The position numbers and the translations under genes were made by a program. Of a DNA stretch of 24,000 nt, positions 1 to 8,324 are shown piece after piece; positions within the stretch are counted from its first letter, which is position 1, and each line of letters begins with the position of its first letter. The notes under the pieces were generated by a model. It was not told the DNA's origin. It did no database searches and worked only from the letters and a program-made list of their open reading frames with translations. This stretch comes from Candidatus Blautia faecipullorum (GTDB lineage: Bacteria > Bacillota > Clostridia > Lachnospirales > Lachnospiraceae): contig DXEG01000060.1 of NCBI GenBank assembly GCA_019115125.1, positions 23,725-47,724 of the forward strand, in the 5' to 3' direction.

Positions 1-116
1 TTGAGACCAAATCTGAAGATACCGGTATCCTCCTCAAAGGAATAATGCCAGTCATCCTCCACCAGAAACTGCTTAACGACATTAACGATTTCATCTGAAT
101 ATTCATATCTACGCAT
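1..116 (-). CDS. hypothetical protein, first 38 codons only (gene runs off the left edge)
   Basis: Too short for the ORF track. ATG at 116 has AAGGGAG about 8 nt upstream. It translates MRRYEYSDEIVNVVKQFLVEDDWHYSFEEDTGIFRFGL with no stop to position 1. It starts 4 nt after the stop of the 120..326 ORF. Vaguely YbjN-like, but too short to call. Confidence 0.45.
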   Translation of the reverse strand, partial: MRRYEYSDEIVNVVKQFLVEDDWHYSFEEDTGIFRFGL

Positions 117-119
117 AGC

Positions 120-326
120 TTATTCTCCCTTTCCGGAAGACCCAAAGGCCTCCCTATGTACTCCTTTCCATATCTGTAACCATCTGTCGCTCCGGCAGGA
201 TATACCAGATGCGGTTTCCTGTCTCTTCTCGTTCATACAGATTCTGCAATGTCTGCTGGTGGATTCAAAGAAACCGACCTTCTTTCCCTTGCCAATATTC
301 TCCTTTTTATAGCGTTGCTTGCGCAT
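120..326 (-). CDS. hypothetical small basic protein (68 aa), weakly supported
   Basis: ORF-track frame that fits exactly between the 392..715 gene and the ATG at 116. No convincing SD (GGAGG lies about 22 nt upstream) and no recognisable motif. Confidence 0.3.
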   Translation of the reverse strand: MRKQRYKKENIGKGKKVGFFESTSRHCRICMNEKRQETASGISCRSDRWLQIWKGVHREAFGSSGKGE

Positions 327-391
327 CTTTTCTCTATCCGCAGATGCAACCTCCTCTTCCTCTTCCAGCGGATGTGGTACTGTTGGTAATG

Positions 392-715
392 TTATCTCTC
401 ATAGCAGATCACCTCCTGTTTTGCTGCTATAGTCTTTGCATTGGTTAATGAGTGCTCCAGCTCACGGAACAGTGTCTTTAAAACACTTGTAAGCTTTTTG
501 TTGTACCAGGCCTTAAAACCATAAAGCTCGCCGATGGTGCGACCATGGCAGCCAAAGTACTTCTTGACCGAGAGAGAAAACGGAATCTCATAAAAACAGG
601 TAGCTTCCTCTCTTCTATTGCTGTTGCTATAGTAGAACTCGATACGGTCACCAGTATTATAGATGGTGATACGGTCGGTGTTCTGGATTGCGAGTTTTAC
701 ATTGAGTTTTTTCAT
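392..715 (-). CDS. hypothetical protein (107 aa)
   Basis: ORF-track frame 392..772 trimmed to the internal ATG at 715 (MKKLNVKLAIQN...), which has AAGGAGGG 8 nt upstream. The 19 codons further upstream lack an SD. Confidence 0.6.
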   Translation of the reverse strand: MKKLNVKLAIQNTDRITIYNTGDRIEFYYSNSNRREEATCFYEIPFSLSVKKYFGCHGRTIGELYGFKAWYNKKLTSVLKTLFRELEHSLTNAKTIAAKQEVICYER

Positions 716-839
716 AGCTGTTGCCCTCCTTCTGTGCTGTGGTTTTCTTGATGATTCTATTAAATCATTCAAAATGAGTTGCTTGTATCTAATCCAACTT
801 CACATTTAGGCAACTTACATCACATTTAATTCCCCATTT

Positions 840-848
840 TTTGAAACT
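840..848 (-). promoter_or_regulatory. copy of recurrent intergenic motif TTTGAAACT (AGTTTCAAA on the minus strand)
   Basis: Exact 9-mer in the divergent spacer 716..1060, about 130 nt upstream of the minus-strand ATG at 715. A nearby direct repeat CACATTTA lies at 801-808 and 821-828. Confidence 0.3.
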
Positions 849-1060
849 TCAGCCATATCGTTATGAAAAGAAAACATTGGAAAAGATAACTCGGTAAATA
901 ATTACAAAAACCAACAGAACCAAACCGCTCATTATCCTTTAAAATACAAAGGGAATATGATACTATAAGATAAATTAAGATAATATTCTCATTTGTACTA
1001 CAAGGCATTTCTACTACACTGATCTGCAATTTTAAAAATACATAGGAGGAGGCAAAAGGC

Positions 1061-4000
1061 ATGCAAATTATTGATCTTAAGAAAAGTACCACTGGAAAAT
1101 TGATGATTACATGGGAGGTTTTATTTCCCACCAATTTTGCTGACACATTAAGAAAATGTATGGACAGTGATTCCGTCCATAGGTATTTAGGCGGTGTGTC
1201 CGCTAAAAGATTCGATTCTGACGAAAAAGAAGAAATGCAGAAAGTTCTTGTCCGTATGCTTTTCGATAAAGAATATCGCTTACATGTACAAGATGGTATC
1301 GATATTACCGACAAGAAAAAATCCCAGTTCGATAAATATTTTAACGATGCACAGGGAAATCAGGATTATAACGCTGTAATTACACATATCTTTAACTGCG
1401 CTAAGTCCGGAAACTATGACTACTATTCCTTTTCTTTTACCCAAAGCCTTAAGAAGAAACTTATAGATTTATTTAATCTCTTTCCAGCTGATTATAGACA
1501 GGCATATGAGAAAGATGTCCAAAGCTTAATCGAGCAACATTTCGATAGCCATCAACAATTAAGCAAATATAAAAATGCTCTTTTAAACGTTGATTTTCCT
1601 GATCGGATTACCTGCCTTGTCTGTATTGCAATGACCTGGCCAATTTGGGATGAAAATTCAAAGCAAGCTACAGATTTAGCAAACCTTATTTTTCCCTCGG
1701 ACAACATTGAAATCATTGCTCTTGAGAAAAGTACCACTGGAAAATTGATGATTACATGGGGGGTGTTATTTCCCACCAATTTTACTGACACATTAAGAAA
1801 ATGTATGGACAGTGATTCCGTCCATACGTATTTAGGCGGTAAGTCCGACGAAGGATTCGATTCTGACGAAGGCGAAGAAATGCAGAAGGTTCTTGTCCGT
1901 ATGCTTCTTGATAAGGAATATCGTTTACGTACACAAAATGGTGTCGATATTACTAACAAGAAAAAATCCCAGTTCAATAAATATTTTAACTATGCACAGG
2001 GGAAAAAGGATTATGAAGCTGTGATTACACGTATCTTTAACTGCGCTAAATCCGGAAACTATAACTACTATTCTTTTCCTTTTACCCAAGACCTTAAGAA
2101 GAACCTTATAAATTTATTTAAACGCTTTCCATTTGATTATAAACAGAGATATGAGAAAGATGTCAAGATCTTAATCAAGCAGCATTTTGGTAGCCATCGA
2201 CTATTAAGCAAATATAAAAATGCTCTTTTAAACGTTGATTTTCCTGATCGGATTACCTGCCTTGTCTGTATTGCAATGACCTGGCCAATTTGGGATAAAA
2301 ATTTAAAGCAAGCTACAGATTTAGCAAACTTTATTTTCCCATCTGAATCATCAGACAATATTAATTCCACTGAAACCAACGCGAAAATATTAAATTATAC
2401 CGATTCAGAAAAGAAAACTGCTGCGGCTAAATCAGCAGAGGCTCACGAGCTATTCAATAAAAATGACTACCAAAAGGCAGCGGAGCTTTTTATAGAGATA
2501 ACAGATCATAAATTAGCAGATGATAATACCCTTGCTGATGCTTATTACCACTGTGCCTTGTGTATATTAGACCATAAGGCACGTATCGAAAATGTTAATG
2601 CCCGACAGTTATTATTAGAGGCTATTTGGCGTTACAATTCTAATGCCGCCATCCAGCGTTACAAAACAGAATACAAGGAAGATCTGGAAACAATACCACT
2701 TATACGTGATTTTTCACAGACACATGGAAAAGCAAGAATCATTTTAAATGCAGTTAATGAATATACTGCCGCATTCAAAGAATCTCTGCCAAAAGAAATG
2801 CAGAGCAAAGAAGAAAGGAAAAAGCTAATAACCTTTGCGGCTACCCGAGCTCAATGGGAACAGCAAGTCGATTCCATCAAAGATTTAAACATAGATTGCC
2901 GATTCTTATTATTTGATGATGATTCAGAAAAGAATTTTAAGGATTTAATATATATTCTAAACCATATATCAGCTTTGCAACAGGAAGCAACATTGGCTAA
3001 CCATACTAAAACGCTCCTTCGTTGGCACAAAACAGTCATTTACATAAGAGCAAGAGAGACTGAATACTCCGTCTTAATTGATACCGCATTAAAAAGATTG
3101 GGTAATTATACCATCCGAGTATATATCATTGATGATAATAAATGGGCCGCACAATATCTGTTATATCAGCACCCCTTGTTCCGCCCTATTCAGCACATTG
3201 ATGCGCGGACACTACAGAACACAGCCATCACACTGTCTTTTACCATTATTACCGATCAAAATCCAGACCTGACCTGCTGGTTGGTTAAAGAAGCCTTCTG
3301 GCTTGGATGTTTTAATTACAACAAACTTACACTGTCAATCAATATCGTTGGACCGGATTCAGAAAAGATTGATCAGCGACTGCGTTTTGAATGCCCTGGC
3401 ATATATGGCAAAACACCGGATTCTGATTCTGTTTCCAGAGTCATTATCAACAAACCATATGTAGTGGATTCTATTCACTCCAGCGATGCACTCAAAACTA
3501 TATGTGACTGTCATAACCCTGTAAATGCATTCAACTATTATGTGATAAATATCGGCAATAGTGCTGAAAATTTAAATTTTGCAATAAAGTTGCGAACTTT
3601 GTCTATTCGTAATCTTGTTAATTCGTATCAGAAGCTTCAAAATAGTTCTCTGCCAATGATAACCTTTTACTGTCCAGACTCAAACATCGCCCACTTATCC
3701 AAGCATATGGTTGTTCAAAATGTGAACAGCGGAGATCAGTGGTTCAATAACTATAATGTTAAGCCTTTCGGAATTATAAATGATCGTTACGCTTTTGAAA
3801 AACTGGATGGTGGATATTTGGAAAAAGTAGCACAATCTACGCACTTGCAGTATTGTCATATTGTGGCTTCTGATTCACGCACTCTAAAACTTGAAAAACT
3901 GAAAGACTATTTTTCATGGAGTTATAATCGGGATTCCTCTATGGCAGTAGCGCTTTCAATGCCATATCGGTTATTCCAGACCGTGACAGACACTAACGGG

Positions 4001-4486
4001 CACATCATATCATCAGATTTAAACATCGCACCGGATTTGGCTCCAAGCGATATAGAAGAATTGGCAAAAGCCTTTACCGCAAATCGATCCTCTTGCCAGC
4101 AGAGTCTCCTGATGTATGAACATTCAAGATGGATACGATGGGTTCTGTCACGCGGTTGGGAATCTGCATCTGCTGAGCAAGTTTTAAACTATATGAGAGA
4201 CGGGAATCCAAAACATCAGCTATTTATAGCAAAATTGCACGGATGTATATGTGGTTTGAACGAATTACAGGACTTCTCAAATTCGCTTTGTAACGAGGCA
4301 AAATATAACAGCAATATGACCCTTGGTCAAAAAAAGCGATATGCAAACGTCGGAGAACACGACTTTATTACACCATTTGATTTCAAAGCAACCGACGATT
4401 CAAATATTAAAGCAACCGCTGAAATAATAACTACGGCATTATATCCGGAAGAACTTATTGAAGAAGAGATTTTGACCGAGAAATAA
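1061..4486 (+). CDS. giant multidomain protein (1141 aa): duplicated N-terminal domain, TPR-like segment, degenerate Rossmann-like region, EHxRW (RyR-like) module
   Basis: Long ORF with GGAGGAGG 8 nt before the ATG. Residues 3-217 and 218-~435 are an in-frame tandem duplication. A TPR-like stretch follows (AEAHELFNKNDYQKAAELFIEI...ADAYYHCALCIL). The C-terminal ~400 aa is paralogous to the N-terminus of the 4947..8084 protein. It includes YEHSRW (4118..4132)...RGW...KLHGCICGLNEL, which resembles the RyR-domain signature. Confidence 0.9.
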   Translation: MQIIDLKKSTTGKLMITWEVLFPTNFADTLRKCMDSDSVHRYLGGVSAKRFDSDEKEEMQKVLVRMLFDKEYRLHVQDGIDITDKKKSQFDKYFNDAQGNQDYNAVITHIFNCAKSGNYDYYSFSFTQSLKKKLIDLFNLFPADYRQAYEKDVQSLIEQHFDSHQQLSKYKNALLNVDFPDRITCLVCIAMTWPIWDENSKQATDLANLIFPSDNIEIIALEKSTTGKLMITWGVLFPTNFTDTLRKCMDSDSVHTYLGGKSDEGFDSDEGEEMQKVLVRMLLDKEYRLRTQNGVDITNKKKSQFNKYFNYAQGKKDYEAVITRIFNCAKSGNYNYYSFPFTQDLKKNLINLFKRFPFDYKQRYEKDVKILIKQHFGSHRLLSKYKNALLNVDFPDRITCLVCIAMTWPIWDKNLKQATDLANFIFPSESSDNINSTETNAKILNYTDSEKKTAAAKSAEAHELFNKNDYQKAAELFIEITDHKLADDNTLADAYYHCALCILDHKARIENVNARQLLLEAIWRYNSNAAIQRYKTEYKEDLETIPLIRDFSQTHGKARIILNAVNEYTAAFKESLPKEMQSKEERKKLITFAATRAQWEQQVDSIKDLNIDCRFLLFDDDSEKNFKDLIYILNHISALQQEATLANHTKTLLRWHKTVIYIRARETEYSVLIDTALKRLGNYTIRVYIIDDNKWAAQYLLYQHPLFRPIQHIDARTLQNTAITLSFTIITDQNPDLTCWLVKEAFWLGCFNYNKLTLSINIVGPDSEKIDQRLRFECPGIYGKTPDSDSVSRVIINKPYVVDSIHSSDALKTICDCHNPVNAFNYYVINIGNSAENLNFAIKLRTLSIRNLVNSYQKLQNSSLPMITFYCPDSNIAHLSKHMVVQNVNSGDQWFNNYNVKPFGIINDRYAFEKLDGGYLEKVAQSTHLQYCHIVASDSRTLKLEKLKDYFSWSYNRDSSMAVALSMPYRLFQTVTDTNGHIISSDLNIAPDLAPSDIEELAKAFTANRSSCQQSLLMYEHSRWIRWVLSRGWESASAEQVLNYMRDGNPKHQLFIAKLHGCICGLNELQDFSNSLCNEAKYNSNMTLGQKKRYANVGEHDFITPFDFKATDDSNIKATAEIITTALYPEELIEEEILTEK
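1067..2368 (+). repeat. in-frame tandem direct duplication, 2 x 645 bp (215 codons) inside gene A
   Basis: Copy 1 is ~1067..1711 and copy 2 is ~1712..2368. GTACCACTGG occurs at 1086 and 1731 (offset 645). Copy 2 has a 9-nt insertion near its end (PSDNIE vs PSESSDNIN). A block of about 90-100 nt (~1561-1650 vs ~2206-2295) looks identical, while flanks differ at many nonsynonymous sites. Confidence 0.95.
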
Positions 4487-4507
4487 TTTAGAAACATTCT
4501 CAAAAAA

Positions 4508-4558
4508 GAAAACAGGGAAGCTCTCGTAACTTCATGATGAGAGAACTTCCCTGTTTTC
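4508..4558. terminator. strong hairpin, likely rho-independent and possibly bidirectional terminator after gene A
   Basis: GAAAACAGGGAAGCTCTC (4508-4525) pairs with GAGAGAACTTCCCTGTTTTC (4539-4558) with a 2-nt bulge. The T-run overlaps and follows the 3' arm, and an A-run precedes the 5' arm. It lies 22 nt after the stop of gene A. Confidence 0.7.
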
Positions 4559-4681
4559 CTACTTACAAATAATTCCGCCTCACTTTTATTCACAAAGTTC
4601 GCACAGCCTTAATCAGCGCGGTTAGATAATATGACGTGCCCCCACATTTGTAGCAACGTGGATTTACCTGTATACTAGAGT

Positions 4682-4710
4682 TTGATAAGAACAATGGTAA
4701 TCATTATAAT
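4682..4710 (+). promoter_or_regulatory. sigma-70-like promoter TTGATA-N17-TATAAT with no obvious downstream gene
   Basis: TTGATA at 4682-4687, a 17-nt spacer, then TATAAT at 4705-4710. It sits in the ~390-nt spacer between the gene A terminator and the stop of gene B. It points antisense into the 3' end of gene B. The background is AT-rich, so a chance match is possible. Confidence 0.3.
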
Positions 4711-4946
4711 AGAAAAAACTTTTTCACATCATTTCTCATATAAAAAAGATGCTTTCACAAACACTTCCTACATTTCTTTAAATGGAGAATCCCTCAAAAA
4801 TTCTACTCTTCTTATATTGAATCCAAATGTATCCAAAAATACAAGTTCTTTTCATCAATCTTCACTTGTCCACCTCTTTTGTCCTCATTTTCCTATCTTT
4901 TATGGTCATTTAATCTTTCCTTTGCTCTGGAACATCCAGACTTCTA

Positions 4947-7900
4947 CTAAATATTTGAATTCCACAACGTCTCCGTCCCCCAGATCGTCACATTCATCTG
5001 ATTTGCCCGCTCCACAAACGCAGCTCTGCCCTTGTTCCGATAATCCGAAGAGACCGCCAGAACACCCTTTGACTGGAAGTGGTCTGACACCGCTCTGATC
5101 TCATACACCCACTGCATATTATCATTGTCGGAGGTCTTACATGAAACCATCGTGGCATTCATTCCGCTTAAGGCAATGATATCAATTTCATTTTTTACAG
5201 ACTCACCTTCACCAATGATAGCCTGTTTGATCACTTCTCCCCTGGCTTTTACATACTCGCTGTATCCAAAACAGGATGGGCCCTTTCGATCAAGCATTTC
5301 AATCAGCTTCTGCTCCTGTGGAGTATCTTCAGCATCCCAGGCAATCTTAACACCGGTTTCCACATCATCATATTTTCCGGATTCACGCATCAAGTAATAG
5401 ACAATCAACTCAAAAATCAGCCCCTGTGTTTTCATAAGCCGCATAGTGGCGGCATCACTGAATGCAAAAGTGACTGTATCGTCCTCTGTATTGAACTGCA
5501 GATTCTCTATGTATCTCCTCTGCAGAAGATCCTGCAGGAAGGCCAGTTTCACCTTTCTATGTACTTCTGTTTCCTCGGAAGATACGATCGGTGCCTGCTG
5601 CACAAGGCGGCTGGAAACCTTCAGGCCACCATTCATCGGAATAAATTTTAATGACTTATATTGATCCGTCTCGGTTATCTGTCCCATCTCAAACTGTTGC
5701 AGCAAACTTCCTATCTCCGGATTTACATATTCAAAATCAACCGTAACTATGGGGCCTGCAATATTTTTCTCATAATCACGAATGATATGATACGTCTGCA
5801 ATTGTTCCAGCACATTGCCAATCATTGAATTTCGGAAGATAGTTTCGGAAAATGAACCTGTATAATGTAGTTCATCACCTTCCAGATCCTGCTTTATTCC
5901 ATCACCATAATTCATGTCTTTTGCCGCCTGGGAAAAGAATTTTGTGACTGCTGCCCAAGTATTGAAACTGCCCGAAGCCTTTCCATTGGCGCCTTTAAGA
6001 TGTGTCGGCTCACAATATTTCTTAAACAATGCCATAATGGACTCGTACTCACTGCTGTCATAAAGGCCGGCATATTCATTGGCAATCCTCCCTCCCATAA
6101 GCTGAATATATTCTGCAAGCGAAAAATTCTTATTATCCAATCCGACACCAACATTTTTATCTGCTGAAAAAGATACAATTCCCTTATTTTGCAGATACTG
6201 AACAGCATTAATGTTACCCGTATACTTTTCCATCAGTCGTCCGATAGCAAGAGCTGCGTCATATCCTCTGTTTGGCACACAGTTAATAATGATATCATGA
6301 TGTCCATACTTTATAAGTTGCTCTTCGAGGCAAGCAAATATCGACTCAACATCCATGGATGATAATGTTATGAACTCCGGAACTGTATTATTTCCGCGGC
6401 TCTCAAAATAAATCGCAATCGCATTCTGGTATTTCCTGCTATTGACCGCTTTTCCAATAAATACAGCATTCTGCGCACAGAAAAGCGTTGGAATAATTAC
6501 ATCATATGTAGATGTGGTCATTCCATCACTCAGGGTGATTACTGTTCCGTACTTCTTCCCATACCAAAGTGCAAATGGCAGCATTTCCACCAACTGTTCA
6601 TCCAGGCTAAAGAAATCCATCCTCGCATTTCTGGTTTTAATTGGAGAAAGAATCTTGTTCACTTCCTCAATGTGATCCGCTTCCTCTGAAGAAATTGATA
6701 ACGCATATTCCCTAGCTGCATCCAGAGACTTCTGATAAAGCACCAGAGAATTATCGTCATCATTGGCCAGTTTCGAAATCGCACGTCTCAGGTTGGAATA
6801 CTCGGGACTATTGCCGACAACAAGATGAAGGACAGCTTCTATGTCAACCTGGCTGGACAGCTTTTTTGTAAGCTGATGTGCTCTCAGGCTGGCCCGGTCA
6901 AGTTCAGACGGATCGTTTGCCGGGCATTTTTTTCTGATCCATAAATCATACTGATGATCAAAGTCATTTGCCAACGAAGCTTTCGTTCCGCAATCACACA
7001 GACACATATGCAGGAGTCGCTGTTTATCCTGATGGGTATTGCCATTTTGGTAAAGCAGTGTTTCCTCTTCCTTAGGTGTCGGCGCACGGAACCCGCGTGT
7101 TACGGTATATGCATTCCAGCGACGATGTTCCAGGGCAACCAGACTCCAGTAAAGCTTATTCTTCTTGCGGATAGCTTCCTTTAGTGTATCCACCGGAGCC
7201 TTCTTTATGTCCACATTCTTACACATAGCCAGTTTTACCGGAATATGAACCGCAGATGCGAAGGAAGAATCCGCTGCATAATTTGCACCGATAAAATTGG
7301 CTGCGATACTGATATCTCCGATCTCATAGTCCTTGGGAGATTCCACAAACTCTGCAACTCTGCTTGCCTCAAACTGATCATCTGCATCCTTCTTATTGAT
7401 TCGCTGATCATATTTCATACTGTAGCTGAAATTGATATTGCGGGCAATTCGATCAAGTTCCGTGCCAGTCACAGATTCATTACCAAAGAAATGTACCTCG
7501 ATGCCATTGTCCCGTCCAGCTTCTATCAGCATCTCCTGCTCATCCGTACTGATGCTATCGGAAAGTTCGTTGAAGACATTGACAAGTATTCTGTGTCGCT
7601 GCCCTGCTGATTCTGCCTGTGCCCCGGAAATCTGTGTAATCAGTTCCGAAGCAGCCAGCCAGTTATGTTCCGCATCACCCAGAGAGATGATAATATAATT
7701 ATATCTATTAGCAGCAAAATCAAGCGGGGCCAGTCCGGCAGAATCCATTCCTTTTTCGACATCAATATCAACAAAACGCAGATTCGCATAATGTTTCTGC
7801 TCCGCATACAATTTAAGCGCAGGCATACATGCTCCGGCCTTCGTGGAAAGTACCTGTTCCTTATACGCTGCGGCGTTCTGAGAGGCAACTGTGATACTTA

Positions 7901-8084
7901 GTTCTGTATCCAGCGCCTGACTGGCCCAGAATGCCGCCTTGAATGCCTCGTTTCCGATCCAGCCAGTTCCAAGGATCAGAACATTGCTCTGCTTCTTGTT
8001 TCCTCTGATTTCTGCATATTCGCAGATTGGTTTTTCATATAGAAGATCATAAATCCGCAGTCGGTATTCGCCTATTTTTGCCAT
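4947..8084 (-). CDS. giant multidomain protein (1045 aa): NAD(P)-type Rossmann head, EHxRW (RyR-like) module, CARF-like domain, PD-(D/E)xK (Card1/Can2, DUF1887-like) nuclease
   Basis: GGGAGAAGGA lies 5 nt before ATG 8084. GxGxxG is present at residues 39-44 (VLILGTGWIGNEA). EHRRW is at 7116..7130, followed by RGF...LHMCLCDCG. Residues ~512-665 resemble the Card1 CARF layout (VITLSDG...; DIIINCVPNRGYDAALAIG; NFSLAEYIQLMGG, cf. Card1 LSLKEYLDAHG). The C-terminus has GLIFELIVYY (E892), NEIDIIA (D968) and MVSCKTS (S981-x-K983), a restriction-endonuclease-fold pattern with Ser in place of the usual Glu. Confidence 0.9.
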   Translation of the reverse strand: MAKIGEYRLRIYDLLYEKPICEYAEIRGNKKQSNVLILGTGWIGNEAFKAAFWASQALDTELSITVASQNAAAYKEQVLSTKAGACMPALKLYAEQKHYANLRFVDIDVEKGMDSAGLAPLDFAANRYNYIIISLGDAEHNWLAASELITQISGAQAESAGQRHRILVNVFNELSDSISTDEQEMLIEAGRDNGIEVHFFGNESVTGTELDRIARNINFSYSMKYDQRINKKDADDQFEASRVAEFVESPKDYEIGDISIAANFIGANYAADSSFASAVHIPVKLAMCKNVDIKKAPVDTLKEAIRKKNKLYWSLVALEHRRWNAYTVTRGFRAPTPKEEETLLYQNGNTHQDKQRLLHMCLCDCGTKASLANDFDHQYDLWIRKKCPANDPSELDRASLRAHQLTKKLSSQVDIEAVLHLVVGNSPEYSNLRRAISKLANDDDNSLVLYQKSLDAAREYALSISSEEADHIEEVNKILSPIKTRNARMDFFSLDEQLVEMLPFALWYGKKYGTVITLSDGMTTSTYDVIIPTLFCAQNAVFIGKAVNSRKYQNAIAIYFESRGNNTVPEFITLSSMDVESIFACLEEQLIKYGHHDIIINCVPNRGYDAALAIGRLMEKYTGNINAVQYLQNKGIVSFSADKNVGVGLDNKNFSLAEYIQLMGGRIANEYAGLYDSSEYESIMALFKKYCEPTHLKGANGKASGSFNTWAAVTKFFSQAAKDMNYGDGIKQDLEGDELHYTGSFSETIFRNSMIGNVLEQLQTYHIIRDYEKNIAGPIVTVDFEYVNPEIGSLLQQFEMGQITETDQYKSLKFIPMNGGLKVSSRLVQQAPIVSSEETEVHRKVKLAFLQDLLQRRYIENLQFNTEDDTVTFAFSDAATMRLMKTQGLIFELIVYYLMRESGKYDDVETGVKIAWDAEDTPQEQKLIEMLDRKGPSCFGYSEYVKARGEVIKQAIIGEGESVKNEIDIIALSGMNATMVSCKTSDNDNMQWVYEIRAVSDHFQSKGVLAVSSDYRNKGRAAFVERANQMNVTIWGTETLWNSNI

Positions 8085-8177
8085 ACATCCTTCTCCCTCA
8101 CCATATGATTCATAGTCATATAAACTCTCAATTTATAATACTTCCTTCAAGATTCTCTCCCGGATCAGTTTCCTCAT

Positions 8178-8324
8178 TCAGGTCATATTCTTCAACAAAC
8201 GTTCCATCATTATTTTTTCGGCGTCTTCACTAAATTTTTTCATATCCGTTGAAATAACACGATCCGCACCTGTTCCATCCTCCAGGACAAACTTCAGAAG
8301 CATAAACTGGAAAATGTCATTCAT
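8178..8324 (-). CDS. small hypothetical protein (48 aa), translationally coupled to the wHTH gene
   Basis: Not in the ORF track (under 60 aa). The ATG at 8324 overlaps the wHTH stop (AAATGAATGA). It translates MNDIFQFMLLKFVLEDGTGADRVISTDMKKFSEDAEKIMMERLLKNMT, which is helical and protein-like. It fills most of the gap between the wHTH gene and gene B. Confidence 0.4.
   Translation of the reverse strand: MNDIFQFMLLKFVLEDGTGADRVISTDMKKFSEDAEKIMMERLLKNMT

Noticed and set aside
826-1314. 162-aa minus-strand ORF from the track
   Set aside because: It is low-complexity (S/F/I/L-rich) and antisense to the well-supported start of gene A. It runs through an AT-rich promoter region and has no SD.
1552-2379. 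Minus-strand ORFs 1552..1977 and 2137..2379
   Set aside because: Both are antisense to gene A. They resemble each other only because they mirror the 645-bp tandem duplication. Their composition is not protein-like.
4682-5098. 138-aa plus-strand ORF
   Set aside because: It has a TTG start with no SD and an S/L/P/T-rich low-complexity translation. Its 3' half is antisense to the nuclease domain of gene B.
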